A stretch of DNA of 64,000 nucleotides. Origin: Ranitomeya imitator. Lineage: Eukaryota. The notes beneath the pieces are model-generated. The model saw nothing but the letters and a program-made list of their open reading frames with translations, was not told the origin of the DNA and made no database searches. Of the stretch, positions 12,117 through 25,898 are shown one piece after another; within the stretch, counting starts at the first letter, position 1; every line of letters begins with the position of its first letter. The DNA is taken from positions 7,812,001-7,876,000 of the forward strand of contig NC_091291.1 of assembly GCF_032444005.1 (NCBI RefSeq), given 5' to 3'. The translations under genes were made by a program, and so were the position numbers.

Positions 12117-12565
12117 TTGCAATAGAACTGTGCAGGTAAAACAAGGACGAGCCCACCAAGCCATAGGGCCGAGCGCCCCTTTAAGGGCCCATTATTAGGA
12201 CCCCCCAATGTCTGCAGGACAATCCGGAATGACATACGTTGCAGATTTGTTCAGACCTCACATGTCCTCAAATCATGAAGATCCAATTAGTCAAGATAAG
12301 AAAGTGCTGAACACGACCTGGCCGGGGAGATAAGCTACTGGAATCCACCCCACCCAAGAGTCTGGGGGGCAGCTATCAGAGCCCCCCGCCACCCGCAGGA
12401 CCAGAGCACACAACATTCAAAGGAGAAAAATAAAATCTTTGTTTCTTGGTTTCAGAATTTACCCTCAGATTTTCTGCAGTAAGATAACCTGCGCTGATAG
12501 CGAGGACGCGGTTAAAGGGACGGGCACCCAGCACCCGGAGAGCGGAGGGACATAAGGGGAGTTAA

Positions 12566-12726
12566 AGGGATTCTCCAACAAAACAACAAACAAGTCTTTG
12601 TGTCCCTTGTCCGGAGTGTTCCTGTAATAATTCCCTATAAATAACCACATGGGGTCCTCATGATTTCTACATGAACTCTAGCGCCACCTATAGGAAGTAG
12701 CGATCCTAAAAGTCAATATGGACCCT
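12566..12726. mobile_element. T2/Kolobok-type MITE
   Basis: TTAA|AGGG...CCCT|TTAA ends (TTAA at 12562-12565 and 12727-12730), the hallmark of amphibian T2 MITEs. Confidence 0.45.
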
Positions 12727-12851
12727 TTAACGAGCCTTCAACCATGACAGGGTAACAAACCAAATCCAACACTCTGTTTGCAGACACGTGCTTGGGGGTG
12801 TTCGCCCCTCATCAGCGCAAAGCAGGAGGTTATTGTCCTGGTGAGAAGCTT

Positions 12852-12908
12852 TATTATTATTATTATTATTTATTGTTATAGCGCCATTTATTCCATGGCG
12901 CTTTACAC
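12852..12908 (-). mobile_element. 57-bp 3'-terminal LINE fragment (L2-type) with 11-bp target-site duplication
   Basis: GTGAGAAGCTT at 12841-12851 and 12909-12919; hairpin AGCGCCAT-N7-ATGGCGCT at 12880-12902; (TAA)n tail. Confidence 0.75.
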
Positions 12909-13109
12909 GTGAGAAGCTTCTGACAAGGGGAGTTGGGGGGGGGGGGGGAAGGTTTCCCTGTGTGGAGACTAATAGGAGGAACAGTGCATGGCCGATAAGT
13001 GAGGAACGGTTCATCTGAAGACCCCCTACACAATTACCTGATACCCCAATATGTCAGCATTGGTGATAGCGACCCAAATATTGCACCCCCGTCTACTACT
13101 TATCTAACT

Positions 13110-14028
13110 NNNNNNNNNNNNNNNNNNNNNNNNNNNNNNNNNNNNNNNNNNNNNNNNNNNNNNNNNNNNNNNNNNNNNNNNNNNNNNNNNNNNNNNNNNN
13201 NNNNNNNNNNNNNNNNNNNNNNNNNNNNNNNNNNNNNNNNNNNNNNNNNNNNNNNNNNNNNNNNNNNNNNNNNNNNNNNNNNNNNNNNNNNNNNNNNNNN
13301 NNNNNNNNNNNNNNNNNNNNNNNNNNNNNNNNNNNNNNNNNNNNNNNNNNNNNNNNNNNNNNNNNNNNNNNNNNNNNNNNNNNNNNNNNNNNNNNNNNNN
13401 NNNNNNNNNNNNNNNNNNNNNNNNNNNNNNNNNNNNNNNNNNNNNNNNNNNNNNNNNNNNNNNNNNNNNNNNNNNNNNNNNNNNNNNNNNNNNNNNNNNN
13501 NNNNNNNNNNNNNNNNNNNNNNNNNNNNNNNNNNNNNNNNNNNNNNNNNNNNNNNNNNNNNNNNNNNNNNNNNNNNNNNNNNNNNNNNNNNNNNNNNNNN
13601 NNNNNNNNNNNNNNNNNNNNNNNNNNNNNNNNNNNNNNNNNNNNNNNNNNNNNNNNNNNNNNNNNNNNNNNNNNNNNNNNNNNNNNNNNNNNNNNNNNNN
13701 NNNNNNNNNNNNNNNNNNNNNNNNNNNNNNNNNNNNNNNNNNNNNNNNNNNNNNNNNNNNNNNNNNNNNNNNNNNNNNNNNNNNNNNNNNNNNNNNNNNN
13801 NNNNNNNNNNNNNNNNNNNNNNNNNNNNNNNNNNNNNNNNNNNNNNNNNNNNNNNNNNNNNNNNNNNNNNNNNNNNNNNNNNNNNNNNNNNNNNNNNNNN
13901 NNNNNNNNNNNNNNNNNNNNNNNNNNNNNNNNNNNNNNNNNNNNNNNNNNNNNNNNNNNNNNNNNNNNNNNNNNNNNNNNNNNNNNNNNNNNNNNNNNNN
14001 NNNNNNNNCCGCACACAGATCTCAGCGC
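13110..14028. other. Assembly gap, 919 N
   Basis: Run of N. Confidence 1.
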
Positions 14029-14515
14029 CCGATCGTCGGCTCATAATTATTTTAGAAATCCGTTAATTAATTGAATCAGAATTTCACATGAATTTGTAAC
14101 AAAATGACCCAGAAGTAAATGCGATAATTGTAAGTAGCAGGAGCTCGTCGGTGCCTGTGATGGGACCTGTGGGACCTCCATGATGAGCCCCCTGCAGTGC
14201 CCCCCTGCCTCCCCTCACCCGGCACACGCACCAGCCCCCCCCTCTGCTGACCCCGGAGCAGCAGGGACCCCTCTTACAGGACTTGTGTTTAGATAAGTGT
14301 TTTTTCCACAGTTCAACGTCTTTTTGATGGATCCTCGCGGCCACTTTCATAGTTGCTGTTTTATTTTGGAAAAAATAAATCTCATTGACAAATGATGTGG
14401 AAATGGTTTCAAATCACAGAGGAGGAGGACAGGCGGCAGCCCCCCACAATCACTGAGCCCCCAGAGAAAGTGCTTTTATCAGGATCACATTCCACCAATC
14501 AATCTCCATTTTATT

Positions 14516-15450
14516 TACCGCCTCTGATCCTACCGCCCCAGATCCCACCACCCCTGATCTCACAGCCTTTGATCCTACCGCCCCTGATCCCACCACCCCT
14601 GATCCCACCACCCCTGATCCCACCGCCTCTGATCCCACCGCCCCTGATTCCACCACCCCTGATCTCACCGCCCCTGATCCCACAGTCCCTGATCCCACTG
14701 CCCCTGATCCCACCGTCCCTGATCCCACCACCCCTGATCCCACCGCCTCTGATCCCACCACCCCTGATCCCACCGCCTCTGATCCCACAGCCTCTGATCC
14801 CACCACCCCTGATCTCACCGCCCCTGATCCCACAGTCCCTGATCCCACTGCCCCTGATCCCACCGTCCCTGATCCCACCACCCCTGATCCCACCGCCCCT
14901 GATTCCACCGCCCCTGATGCCACCACCCCTGATCCCACCGTCCCTGATCCCACAGCCTCTGATCCTACTGCCCCTGATCCTACCACCCCTATCCCACCGC
15001 CCCTGATCCCACCACCCCTGATCCCACCACCCCCTGATCCCACAGCCTCTAATCCCACCGCCCCTGATCCCACCGCCCCTGATCCCACCACCCCTGATCC
15101 CACCGTCCCTGATCCCACAGCCTCTGATCCTACCGCCCCTGATCCTACCACCCCTGATCCCACCGCCCCTGATCCCACCACCCCCTGATCCCACAGCCTC
15201 TGATCCCACCGCCCCTCATCCCACCGCCCCTGATCCCACCACCCCTGATCCCACCGTCCCTGATCCCACCGTCCCTGATCCCACAGCCCCTGATCCCACA
15301 GCCCCTGATCCCACCGCTCCTGATCCCACCGCCCCTGATCCCACCGCCCGATTCCACCGCCCCTGATCCCACCGCTCCTGATCCCACAGCCCCTGATCCC
15401 ACCGCCCCTGATCCCACCGCCCCTGATTCCACAGCCTCTGATCCCACCTC
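14516..15450. repeat. 15-bp C-rich minisatellite, about 60 copies
   Basis: Unit CCCCTGATCCCACCG. Confidence 0.95.
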
Positions 15451-15654
15451 CCCGGTCTGAGATACACGACAAGGCGCAGGGTAACGATAGAAAAGGTGAA
15501 AATATCACATTAATAAAGATGAATCATAAGGGAAAAATAACACTATCATAAATAGTAACAATGTATAAATGGAACGTTCTAAAACTTGGAAGCGACAAGA
15601 GCAACTAAAATAATAGGACGAAATAGAAAAATAAAAAAGAAACAATGTTATATA

Positions 15655-15710
15655 ATATTATTATTATTATTTATATAGCACCATTAATTCCATGGTGCTG
15701 TACATGAGAA
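15655..15710 (-). mobile_element. L2-type LINE 3'-end fragment
   Basis: Hairpin AGCACCAT-TAATTCC-ATGGTGCT next to a (TTA)n run; same family as 12852-12908. Confidence 0.6.
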
Positions 15711-16169
15711 GGGGGTATACATATATACTATGATAAGAAGGTAGAAGATAAAATGCAAAGAATGATGAGATAAAACTGTAGTTAGATTGCAAAGAAAATG
15801 TGTCTATATCTAAGAGTAGTGATTGGCTGCAGCGGTCAGGTGATTTGCAGGATCGGTAAGCTGGTGTAATAAGGGGTAAGTAACACTATAGACATGACTT
15901 CCCAGGTGAGGTGGGTCCTCAAAGCCCTGGGGATGGAAAAACAGTTGTTATACAGCACAGACAGGTGACGCTGGCGCAGCAGAGAGATCCAGATGTAACA
16001 ATACAAGATGTGGCAGAACAATAACAGGACGAGCAAATGGGATCCCTGAGATCCGATAAAGCAGAGCTGACATTACGACAATGTCAACCAAAGGAGCAGA
16101 GAGTGAAACTGTATCAGACGCTCCATGACAGAACTGGTCTGATTTCATAGCAGAATCATTTCAGGATTG

Positions 16170-17530
16170 AAAAATCAGTAAAGCTGAGCTTGGTTTGTCA
16201 CAGAGTGCTTTGCAGAGCCTGCAGAGTTACTAAGCAAAGTATCAAAAGTAGCAATCTGGGTTGTTCACAGAATACAATGTAGAGCTGGAACCAATACATA
16301 TAAGTGTAATCCAGCAAAGTATCAGAAGAAGTAGAGCTGGGTTTGTTATAGAGTGCTGTATAGAGATGGTACTGGTATTGCAAAAGTACCCATCAAAGCA
16401 TCAGAAACAGCAGAGCTGGGTTTGTCACAGAGTGCTACTTAGAGCTGACAGTGGCATAGCAGAGTCACCCAGCAAAATAGCAGAAGTAGCAGAGCTGGGT
16501 TTGTCGCAGAGTCCTATGTAGAGCAGGCAGTATATTGGCAGAGTTACCCAAGAAAGGATCAGAAACAGCAGCACTGGGTTAGTCACAGAGTGTTATGTAG
16601 AGCATTCTGTAGGTTGATGATAGAGTGGTGTGGAGAGCTGATAGTGATATAGTAGAGTTACCCAGCAAAGTATAAGAAGTAGCAGAGCTGGGTTTGTCAC
16701 AAAGTGCTATGTGGAACGGGCATTGATATATCAGAGTTACCTGGCAAAGAATAAGAAGTAGCAGAGCTGGGTTTGTCACAGAGTCCTGTGTAGAGGGGTA
16801 ATTGATATATCAGAGTTACCCAGCGAAGTATCAGAAGTAGTAGAGCTGGGTTTGTCACTGAGTGCTATGTAGAGCATTCTGTAGGTTGATGATAGAGTGG
16901 TATGGAGAGCTGACAGTGATATAGTAGAGTTACCCAGCAAAGAATAAGAAGTAGCAGAGCTGGGTTTGTCACAGAGTCCTATGTAGAGCGGTCATTGATA
17001 TATCAGAGTTACCCAGCAAAGAATAAGAAGTAGCAGAGCTGGCTTTGTCACAGAGTCCTGTGTAGAGCGGTCATTGATATATCAGAGTTACCCAGCGATG
17101 TATCAGAAGTAGCAGAGCTGGGTTTATCACAGAGTGCTATGCAGAGTGGTCATTTATATATCAGAGTTACCCAGCAAAGAATAAGAAGTAGCAGAGCTGG
17201 TTTTGTCACAGAGTCCTGTGTAGAGCGGTCATTGATATATCAGAGTTACCCAGCGATGTATCAGAAGTAGCAGAGCTGGGTTTATCACAGAGTGCTATGT
17301 AGAGTGGTCATTTATATATCAGAGTTACCCAGCGAAGTATCAGAAGTAGCAGAGCTGGGTTTGTCACAGAGTGCTATGTAGAGCGGTCATTGATATATCA
17401 GAGTTACCCAGCGATGTATCAGAAGTAGCAGAGCTGGTTTTGTCACAGAGTCCTGTGTAGAGTGGTCATTGATATATCAGAGTTACCCAGCGAAGTATCA
17501 GAAGTAGCAGAGCTGGGTTTGTCACAGAGT
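16170..17530. repeat. 79-bp satellite, about 17 copies
   Basis: CAGAGTTACCCAGC recurs at 17083 and 17162; each unit contains GTAGCAGAGCTGGGTTTGTCA. Confidence 0.9.
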
Positions 17531-19106
17531 CCAAAGCAGGGCCAGTCATCAATATGGCAACTTTCCAGCAGAAGCCTAAAAAGAGTGTTGGAAACCGATG
17601 CACCAGGGGACATAAAGAGACGCCGCTGGATCCTGGGAACAGTTATTTCTTTATTTGATAACTTTTTCTATCTTATGGCGACTTTGTTAAAATCCAGGAT
17701 TTATATTTCCCCCCCTTCTTCCCTTTGTCAGCATCGCTGTGATGGAATATTCTTAACCGGTCATTAGCTCCTTTACCAGATCAGGTTCAGCTCTTTATTC
17801 CTTTCCGTTGGGTTAATGGGGAGTTTGTCATTTAAGGGTCACTCAGGTCAAACAGCTCAATCCCCCCTCGCCCCCTGCTCCTTATAGTGTAACACGTCCA
17901 TCCGTAGCCATTACATTCCTGATCACCGATGCACTAAACCTATTATAGATACATTCACCCGGTGAGATGGTGGACAGATATCTCTGATTTTACCATTTGG
18001 TCATTTTTAGGTCCAGAATGATTAATGCCTCTATCCGTCCCTATCACAGGCGGGGCTCAACTTTCCAGATACTAAGTTCCAAATCATCTACAAAGTCAAA
18101 TCCTGTCTACCTGCATTCACCACTAGGGGGAGCTCAGGGGCTTGCTGCATACAGGTTCTACATAGACCTCAGTAATACAAGGAACGGCTCCCCCTTGTGG
18201 TGACTGAACAGAAAACCGATAATGATATCGACAAACTGATCGGCACATCGAAAATATTTCGATAAGGTCAAATAGTGTTAAAAGCTTGAATGTTAAAGTA
18301 GATGAGATATATTGGGAAAGTCTAAGATCCCCTGCAGCTTCACCTCGGGACATTTATTCACGCCGTGCCGAGGGATACAAAGTATTCAGTCCTCTACTGC
18401 TGATACTTCTCACAGCTGAAGGTTTGTTACAATGTATCCAATCTAGACAATGTTCTGTAAACTGATCTTTATCTTGTTACATTGTAACAAGATGGCGATA
18501 AATACTAATCTTTCCCATACACTGACAGCAAGCAGAGATAATGAACATGATGCAGAATGGAAACACAAGGTTTATTACAAAGATGCACATCCTCCATGAT
18601 GCGATGGATGAGGATACAATATTGGGGTCTCCAGTCCCCCTGAGATCACATCAGTGTGTGGGGCAGACATCAGCAGACTCCATCAGATAAGCCCCTTATA
18701 CCGCAGGCCTGCAGACCCCACTGCACATAGAAGCCTCTAATCCCCTGATGAGGAGACAGCAGACCCCAGAGCTCCTCTGATACAGACACCAAGACCCCAT
18801 TGTGAAACCCTGAGCAATGAGGAGAGTCTGGGGGGGAAGGAGGCGACGCTGGTACATTGCAACAAACCCTCACCTGTCATGCAAAACACTTACCACCCCC
18901 AGCAGGGGTCCGATACTATTACAAAACGCAGGGTGATCAGAGCCGAATTATTCCCCCCTAGATGTCATCATATATGGTCTGCATGTAGCAGAGCGCAGGA
19001 GGTTTTGCAATGTGATATGACCATGGCTTATCTAGAATTTTGCACAGGACTGCCGGTTCAGCCGTATTATGATGATTGGATGAACTAATCGGCAGAAGCA
19101 GCGCAA

Positions 19107-21790
19107 AGACAAATTCAGCTCTGCTACATCTGCCCCGGACACCAGCTCTGCTACATCTGCCCCGGACACCAGCTCTGCTACATCTGCCCCGGACACCCAC
19201 TCTGCTACATCTGCCCCGTACACCCGCTCTGCTACATCTGCCCCGGACACCCGCTCTGCTACATCCGCCCCATACATCAGCTCTGCTACATCTGCCCCGG
19301 ACACCAGCTCTGCTACATCTGCCCCGGACACCAGCTCTGCTACATCTGCCCCGGACACCAGCTCTGCTACATCTGCCCCGTACATTCGCTCTGCTACATC
19401 TGCCCCATACACCCGCTCTGCTACATCTGCCCCGGAGACCAGCTCTGCTACATCTGCCCCGGACACCAGCTCTGCTACATCTGCCCCGTACATTCGCTCT
19501 GCTACATCTGCCCCATACACCCGCTCTGCTACATCTGCCCCGGACACCAGCTCTGCTACTTCTGCCCCGGACACCAGCTCTGCTACATCTGCCCCATACA
19601 CCCGCTCTGCTACATCTGCCCCGGACACCAGCTCTGCTACTTCTGCCCCGGACACCAGCTCTGCTACATCTGCCCCGTACACCTGCTCTGCTACATCTGC
19701 CCCAGACAGCAGCTCTGCTACATCTGCCCCAGACACCAGCTCTGCTACATCTGCCCCGGACACCAGCTCTGCTACATCTGCCCCATACACCCGTTCTGCT
19801 ACATCTGCCCCGGACACCAGCTCTGCTACATCTGCCCCGGACACCCGCTCTGCTACATCTGCCCCAGACACCAGCTCTGCTACATCTGCCCCGGACAGCA
19901 GCTCTGCTACATCTGCCCCAGACACCAGCTCTGCTACATCTGCCCCAGACACCAGCTCTGCTACATCTACCCAGGACACCAGCTCTGCTACATCTGCCCC
20001 GTACACCCGCTCTGCTACATCTGCCCCGTACACCCGCTCTGCTACATCTGCCCCGTACATTCGCTCTGCTACATCTGCCCCGTACACCCGCTCTGCTACA
20101 TCTGCCCCGTACACCCGCTCTGCTACATCTGCCCCGTACACCAGCTCTGCTACATCTGCCCCGTACACCCGCTCTGCTACATCTTCCCCGTACACCAGCT
20201 CTGCTACATCTGCCCCGTACACCCGCTCTGCTACATCTGCCCCGTACACCCGCTCTGCTACATCTGCCCCGTACACCCGCTCTGTTACATCTGCCCCGTA
20301 TACCAGCTCTGCTACATCTGCCCCGTACACCCGCTCTGCTACATCTGCCCCGGACACCAGCTCTGCTGCATCTGCCCCGTACACCCGCTCTGCTGCATCT
20401 GCCCCGTACACCCGCTCTGCTGCATCTGCCCCGTACATTCGCTCTGCTACATCTGCCCCGTACATTCGCTCTGCTACATCTGCCCCGTACATCCGCTCTG
20501 CTACATCTGCCCAGGACACCAGCTCTGCTACATCTGCCCCGTACAACAGCTCTGCTACATCTGCCCCGTACACCCGCTCTGTTACATCTGCCCCATACAA
20601 CAGCTCTGCTACATCTGCCCCGTACACCCGCTCTGTTACATCTGCCCCGTACACCCGCTCTGCTACATCTGCCCCGTACACCCGCTCTGCTACATCTGCC
20701 CCGGACACCAGCTCTGCTACATCTGCCCCGTACATTCGCTCTGCTACATCTGCCCCGATCACCTGCTCTGCTACATCTGCCCCGCACACCAGCTCTGCTA
20801 CATCTGCCCCGGACACCAGCTCTGCTGCATCTGCCCCGTACACCCGCTCTGCTGCATCTGCCCCGTACATTCGCTCTGCTACATCTGCCCCGTACATTCG
20901 CTCTGCTACATCTGCCCCGTACATTCGCTCTGCTACATCTGCCCCGTACACCAGCTCTGCTACATCTGCCCCGTACACCAGCTCTGCTACATCTGCCCCG
21001 CACACCAGCTCTGCTACATCTGCCCCGTACACCAGCTCTGCTACATCTGCCCCGTACATTCGCTCTGCTACATCTGCCCCGTACATTCGCTCTGCTACAT
21101 CTGCCCCGTACATTCGCTCTGCTACATCTGCCCCGTACATTCGCTCTGCTACATCTGCCCCGTACATTCGCTCTGCTACATCTGCCCCGTACATTCGCTC
21201 TGCTACATCTGCCCCGTACACCAGCTCTGCTACATCTGCCCCGATCACCTGCTCTGCTACATCTGCCCCGCACACCAGCTCTGCTACATCTGCCCCGGAC
21301 ACCAGCTCTGCTGCATCTGCCCCGTACACCCGCTCTGCTGCATCTGCCCCGTACATTCGCTCTGCTACATCTGCCCCGTACATTCGCTCTGCTACATCTG
21401 CCCCGTACACCAGCTCTGCTACATCTGCCCCGCACACCAGCTCTGCTACATCTGCCCCGGACACCAGCTCTGCTGCATCTGCCCCGTACACCCGCTCTGC
21501 TGCATCTGCCCCGTACATTCGCTCTGCTACATCTGCCCCGTACATTCGCTCTGCTACATCTGCCCCGCACATCAGCTCTGCTACATCTGCCCCGTACATT
21601 CGCTCTGCTACATCTGCCCCGTACATTCGCTCTGCTACATCTGCCCCGCACATCAGCTCTGCTACATCTGCCCCGCACATCAGCTCTGCTACATCTGCCC
21701 CGTACATTCGCTCTGCTACATCTGCCCCGCACATCAGCTCTGCTACATCTGCCCCGTACATTCGCTCTGCTACATCTGCCCCGTACATCC
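19107..21790. repeat. 27-bp minisatellite, about 99 copies
   Basis: Unit ACCAGCTCTGCTACATCTGCCCCGGAC; source of the three 918-948 aa repeat ORFs. Confidence 0.97.
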
Positions 21791-22999
21791 ACGCCTGGTG
21801 TCATTCAGAAAACTCCTATAAACTCCAAAAACTAACAGAACTTCACCCCATTAAAAGGCCGGGACCCTCGGCCCATAAACCGTGGCCCCTGAGCTGACAC
21901 TTTCCTTCTGCAATGTCTGAGGTTGGGGGGAGACGTTTAGGATGAAGGTGATACATTTATGCCTCTTCCTCGCCCATTAAAGCTATTTTGCCAAGTGAAG
22001 AGCTTGTTGTTCTTTCCTCTCGGTGACGGTATTTCCTGGTGTTTTCTGACAAATAAACCCGACCTTGTTGTTTTTTTGTTGTTTTTCTTTTTTTTTTTTA
22101 CAATCTCCCTTTTATATTTTAACAATTAAATCTCGGATTTACCGCCCCTTTAATTTAGGCTCATAATAGGCACCAACGAACTTATCCTTAAAATTCCAAA
22201 TGTGCTGGCCCTTTAATTTCACCCTTAAACAATTGATCCTTAAAAAAAACTAATAAATTTCTTTATAATTTTTTTTATTGTAGAAATCATTCAGCTTTCT
22301 CAGACTCCTGAACGGTGCAACAAAGACATGTAACCTGTAATGATCGATACTAGAGGCAACAATAACTTAGTAAAAATGCTAAAAAATAATATATAATTCT
22401 GCAATTTTGGCTGAATGCAAATATTTTTAGAAGAATATTTTTATCTATTATTATAATGTATTTATTTTTATGTGTTTCTAAACTTTTAATTTTGCTTTTT
22501 TTTGGTTCAAATGTTTCATTATTTTTTAACTTTTTTTAAATTCTATTTTGTTGTTGAATTTTTCTTAATTATATACCTGATTTTTATTTTTTTATTATTT
22601 ATTTGTGCTGATTCTTTGAAATGTTTCCTTCTTGTTATATACATTATATAGTTTTTTACTTTTGATAATTTTTTTTCTTTTACAAGGGCTGCTTTAGATG
22701 AAGCACGGCTACTTTGCTGAGGCTCGTGGTCTGTGACCGTTCCGCCACCTGTGGTTTGTGTTTGCTGCCCCTCTTTACACCACGGTGTCCGCACTTTACA
22801 GAGCGGCTAATGGAGGCCAATAAACACAACTCTGCCGAGACGCTGCTTCCATTTACTGCAGGTTCCTAAGGCCCCATACACATTAGACAAAAGTCGGCCG
22901 AACCCTGATGTGTCAGGAAGTCTCCCAACTATGATGGTGGCAGAGAAGGATCCGACCTGTGGGATTTCTAATAGCCCATCCTTTTTATGAGGAGTCTGA

Positions 23000-24650
23000 A
23001 GGGGACAGAAGGGTCTTGAGATGGGGACAGAGGAGCCTGGAATAGAGGACAGATCGGTCTGGATGGAGAACAGAGGAGTCTGGAGGGGACAGAGGCGTTC
23101 GGAGGGGGCTGATGGGTCTGGAGGGGACAAGGGGTCTGTAGGGGAGACAGAGGAGTCTATAGGAGAGATAGGGGGTCTTAGAAGGGACAGAGGAGTCTTA
23201 AGTAGAAGACACAGAGGTATAGAGGGGACTGAGGGGTCTAGATGAGGGGAAAGAAAAGTCTAGAGGGGAGACAGAGGGGTCTAGAGGGAAGATAGTGGAG
23301 TCTGGAGGGGGACAGAGGAGTCTTGAGATGGGAACACAGGAGTCTCAAGGAGGAAACAGAGGATTCAAAAGGGGTCTGGAGGTGGGGAAAGAGGGTCTTG
23401 AGGGGGTCAGAGGGGATTGGATGGCATAGGTGGGTCTGAAGGAGGGGACAGAGGAGCCTGATTGAGAGTACAGAGGGGTCTGTAAGTAAGGACACAGGGT
23501 TCTGGCGGGATAGAGGGGACAGATGGGTCTGGAGGGGACAGAGGGGTCTGGAGGGGACAGAGGGGTCTGGAGGTGGGACAGAGAGGTTTAGAGGGGTCTG
23601 AAGGTGGAATAGAGGAGGACAGAGGGGTGTGGAGGTGGAGACAGAGGGGTCTGGAGGTGGTGACGGGTCTGGAGGTGGTGAAAGGGGTCTGGAGTTGGGG
23701 ACAGAGGGGTCTGGAGATGGAGACAGAGGGGTCTGGAGATGTGGACAGAGGGGTTAGGAGGAGATAGAGGGGTCTGGAGGTGGAGACAGAGGGGTCAGGA
23801 GGTGGAGACAGAGGGGTCTGGAGGTGGGGACAAAGGTGTCTGGAGGTAGTGACAGAGGGGTCTGGAAGGGACAAAGGGGTTTGGAGGTGGGACAGAGGGG
23901 TCTGGAGGTGGCAACAGAGGGGTCTGGAGGTGGAGACAGAGGGGTCTGGAAGTGGGGACAGAGGGGTCTGGAGGTGGTGACAAAGGGGTCTGGAGGTGGG
24001 GACAGAGGGGACTGAAGGTAGTGACAGAGGGGTCTGAAGGAGATAGAGGGGTCTGTAGGTGGTGACTGAGGGGTCTGGAGATGGGGACAGAGGGGTCTGG
24101 AGGTGGGGACAGAGGGGTCTGTAGGTGGTAACTGAGGGGTCTGGAGATGGGGACAGAGGGGTCTGGAGGTGGGGACAGAGGGGTCTGGAGATGGGGACAG
24201 AGGGGTCTGTAGGTGGTGACAGAGGGGTCTGTAGGTGGTGACAGAGGGGTCTGGAGATGGGGACAGAGGGGTCTGTAGGTGGTGACAGAGTGGTCTGTAG
24301 GTTTTGACAGAGGGGTCTGGAGATGGGGACAGAGGGGTATGTAGGTGGTGACAGAGGGGACTGGAGATGGGGACAGAGGGGTCTGGAGGTGGTGACAGAG
24401 GGGTCTGTAGGTGGTGACAGAGGGGTCTGTAGGTGGTGACAGAGGGGTCTGGAGATGGGGACAGAGGGGTCTGTAGGTGGTGACAGAGGGGTCTGGAGAT
24501 GGGGACAGAGGGGTCTGTAGGTGGTGACAGAGGGGACTGGAGGTGGTGACAGAGGGGTCTGGAGGTGGTGACAGAGGGGTCTGGAGGTGGTGACAGAGGG
24601 GTCTGGAGGTGGTGACAGAGGGGTCTAGAGGTGGTGACAGAGGGGTCTGG
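23000..24650. repeat. 22-bp GA-rich minisatellite, degenerate at the left end
   Basis: Unit ACAGAGGGGTCTGGAGGTGGTG / ...GGAGATGGGG. Confidence 0.9.
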
Positions 24651-25898
24651 CAGCAGCTCTCTTATAGAGAACACAGGAGCTCTCGGCAAGCACTTGTTCA
24701 GCTGACAGCTTTGTACTGTGTATTGGGGCCGTTGAGAAGCGAGCACTTGCTTTTCGGCACTGACTGCAGCTCTGTAAATCGTGTATGGTGAAGTGAGGCC
24801 GATCCACCATTGCGGACCCAGATGTTTTGCATCTTGCGCCCCGTCAGGATTCAGGCAGACACTTTAGAGAACACTCTACAACATGGCGGCCATGATTCCA
24901 AGCCCGTGTTCACACGCCGCAGCCGCAGGGAGATCCCATCTGCAGAATGCGGTCGGATCGCTGAGGACATCGGTGTCCGTGGTGACAGGTGCTGCACAAG
25001 TCTCCGATCCCTGACCTGGGTGACAGGCATTGCCTCAGGGCAGGGATCCAATATTTTTGCAACTTAAAGTGGGGGGGGGGGCTGTCATTGAAAATGGCTA
25101 AGATTGCAGAGTGGCCGCAGTAAGAAAACGCCCTTCCGAAAACTATTAATCATTATTTTCTATAGTCAATAAAAGAGGAAAAAAATAAATAGTTTGGGGG
25201 GGGGGGGAGGGGGGAGTTGGTTTGGCCCAAATTGTGGTGTCACCAGTGCGGAGGATGCCCCCGAACACTAAGGGTTAACGGCTTCCTGCATCGCTGGTAG
25301 CTGAAACTTTACAAGCTGTTTAACAAGTTGGGAGATCCAGTTACCCCGGGTGCAGGGGCAGGAGGGGCAGGTTAGGGCCGTCACATCAATCAGCGGTACC
25401 TTATAAAATAACAGTAAAGTGAAGGCATGGACCTGCTTCCTCCCCCTCCCCAGGTCCCTTCTGTCTGAGGCTATTTTAAGCTCCGTTGTTTGAACTTCTA
25501 AGCCCCAGAGGGGTCTGCAGGGACGACCTGGGACCCTCAGATAAGACCTCACTGATTTGGAAACTTTTGGCTGAAATAACATTAAGGGAAGAAGTTGGAA
25601 AATTGGTCACCGAGACGCCCCCCACCCTTTACCTCCTCCATCACTTACTGAGACACCTTATACCTCTCCTCTAATGGGGAGGCCCATCACCTCTCGCCCT
25701 GTACTACAACCTCCAGCGTCTGTGCGTGATGTCCGGAGGGTGAGGCGAGCAGTGAAGGGGAAAATGACCCCAAACCTGCAAAATTCTTACAAAACCATTC
25801 TAAAGAGTTACAAGAGATACAAAAACGCGCAAAATTGTTACAAGAGATACAAAACCATACAAAAAGTTGTTCTATCAGATTGAAAAAAAAAAAAAAAA

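Noticed and set aside
12999-14066. ORFs spanning X runs
   Set aside because: They cross the assembly gap.
14392-15508. Pro-rich and Gly-rich ORFs
   Set aside because: 15-bp repeat artefact.
17530-18400. Unique sequence scanned for RBM42, COX6B1 or FLI1 exons
   Set aside because: No frame gave a recognisable peptide bounded by splice sites; the same holds for 24650-25760 and 53400-53840.
18958-21835. Three 918-948 aa ORFs
   Set aside because: Translations of a stop-free 27-bp repeat in several frames and both strands; no unique domain or splice support.
23780-24650. GGAGGTGGGGACAG resemblance to the Jeffreys minisatellite core or Chi
   Set aside because: Short G-rich matches are expected by chance; no evidence of a recombination function.
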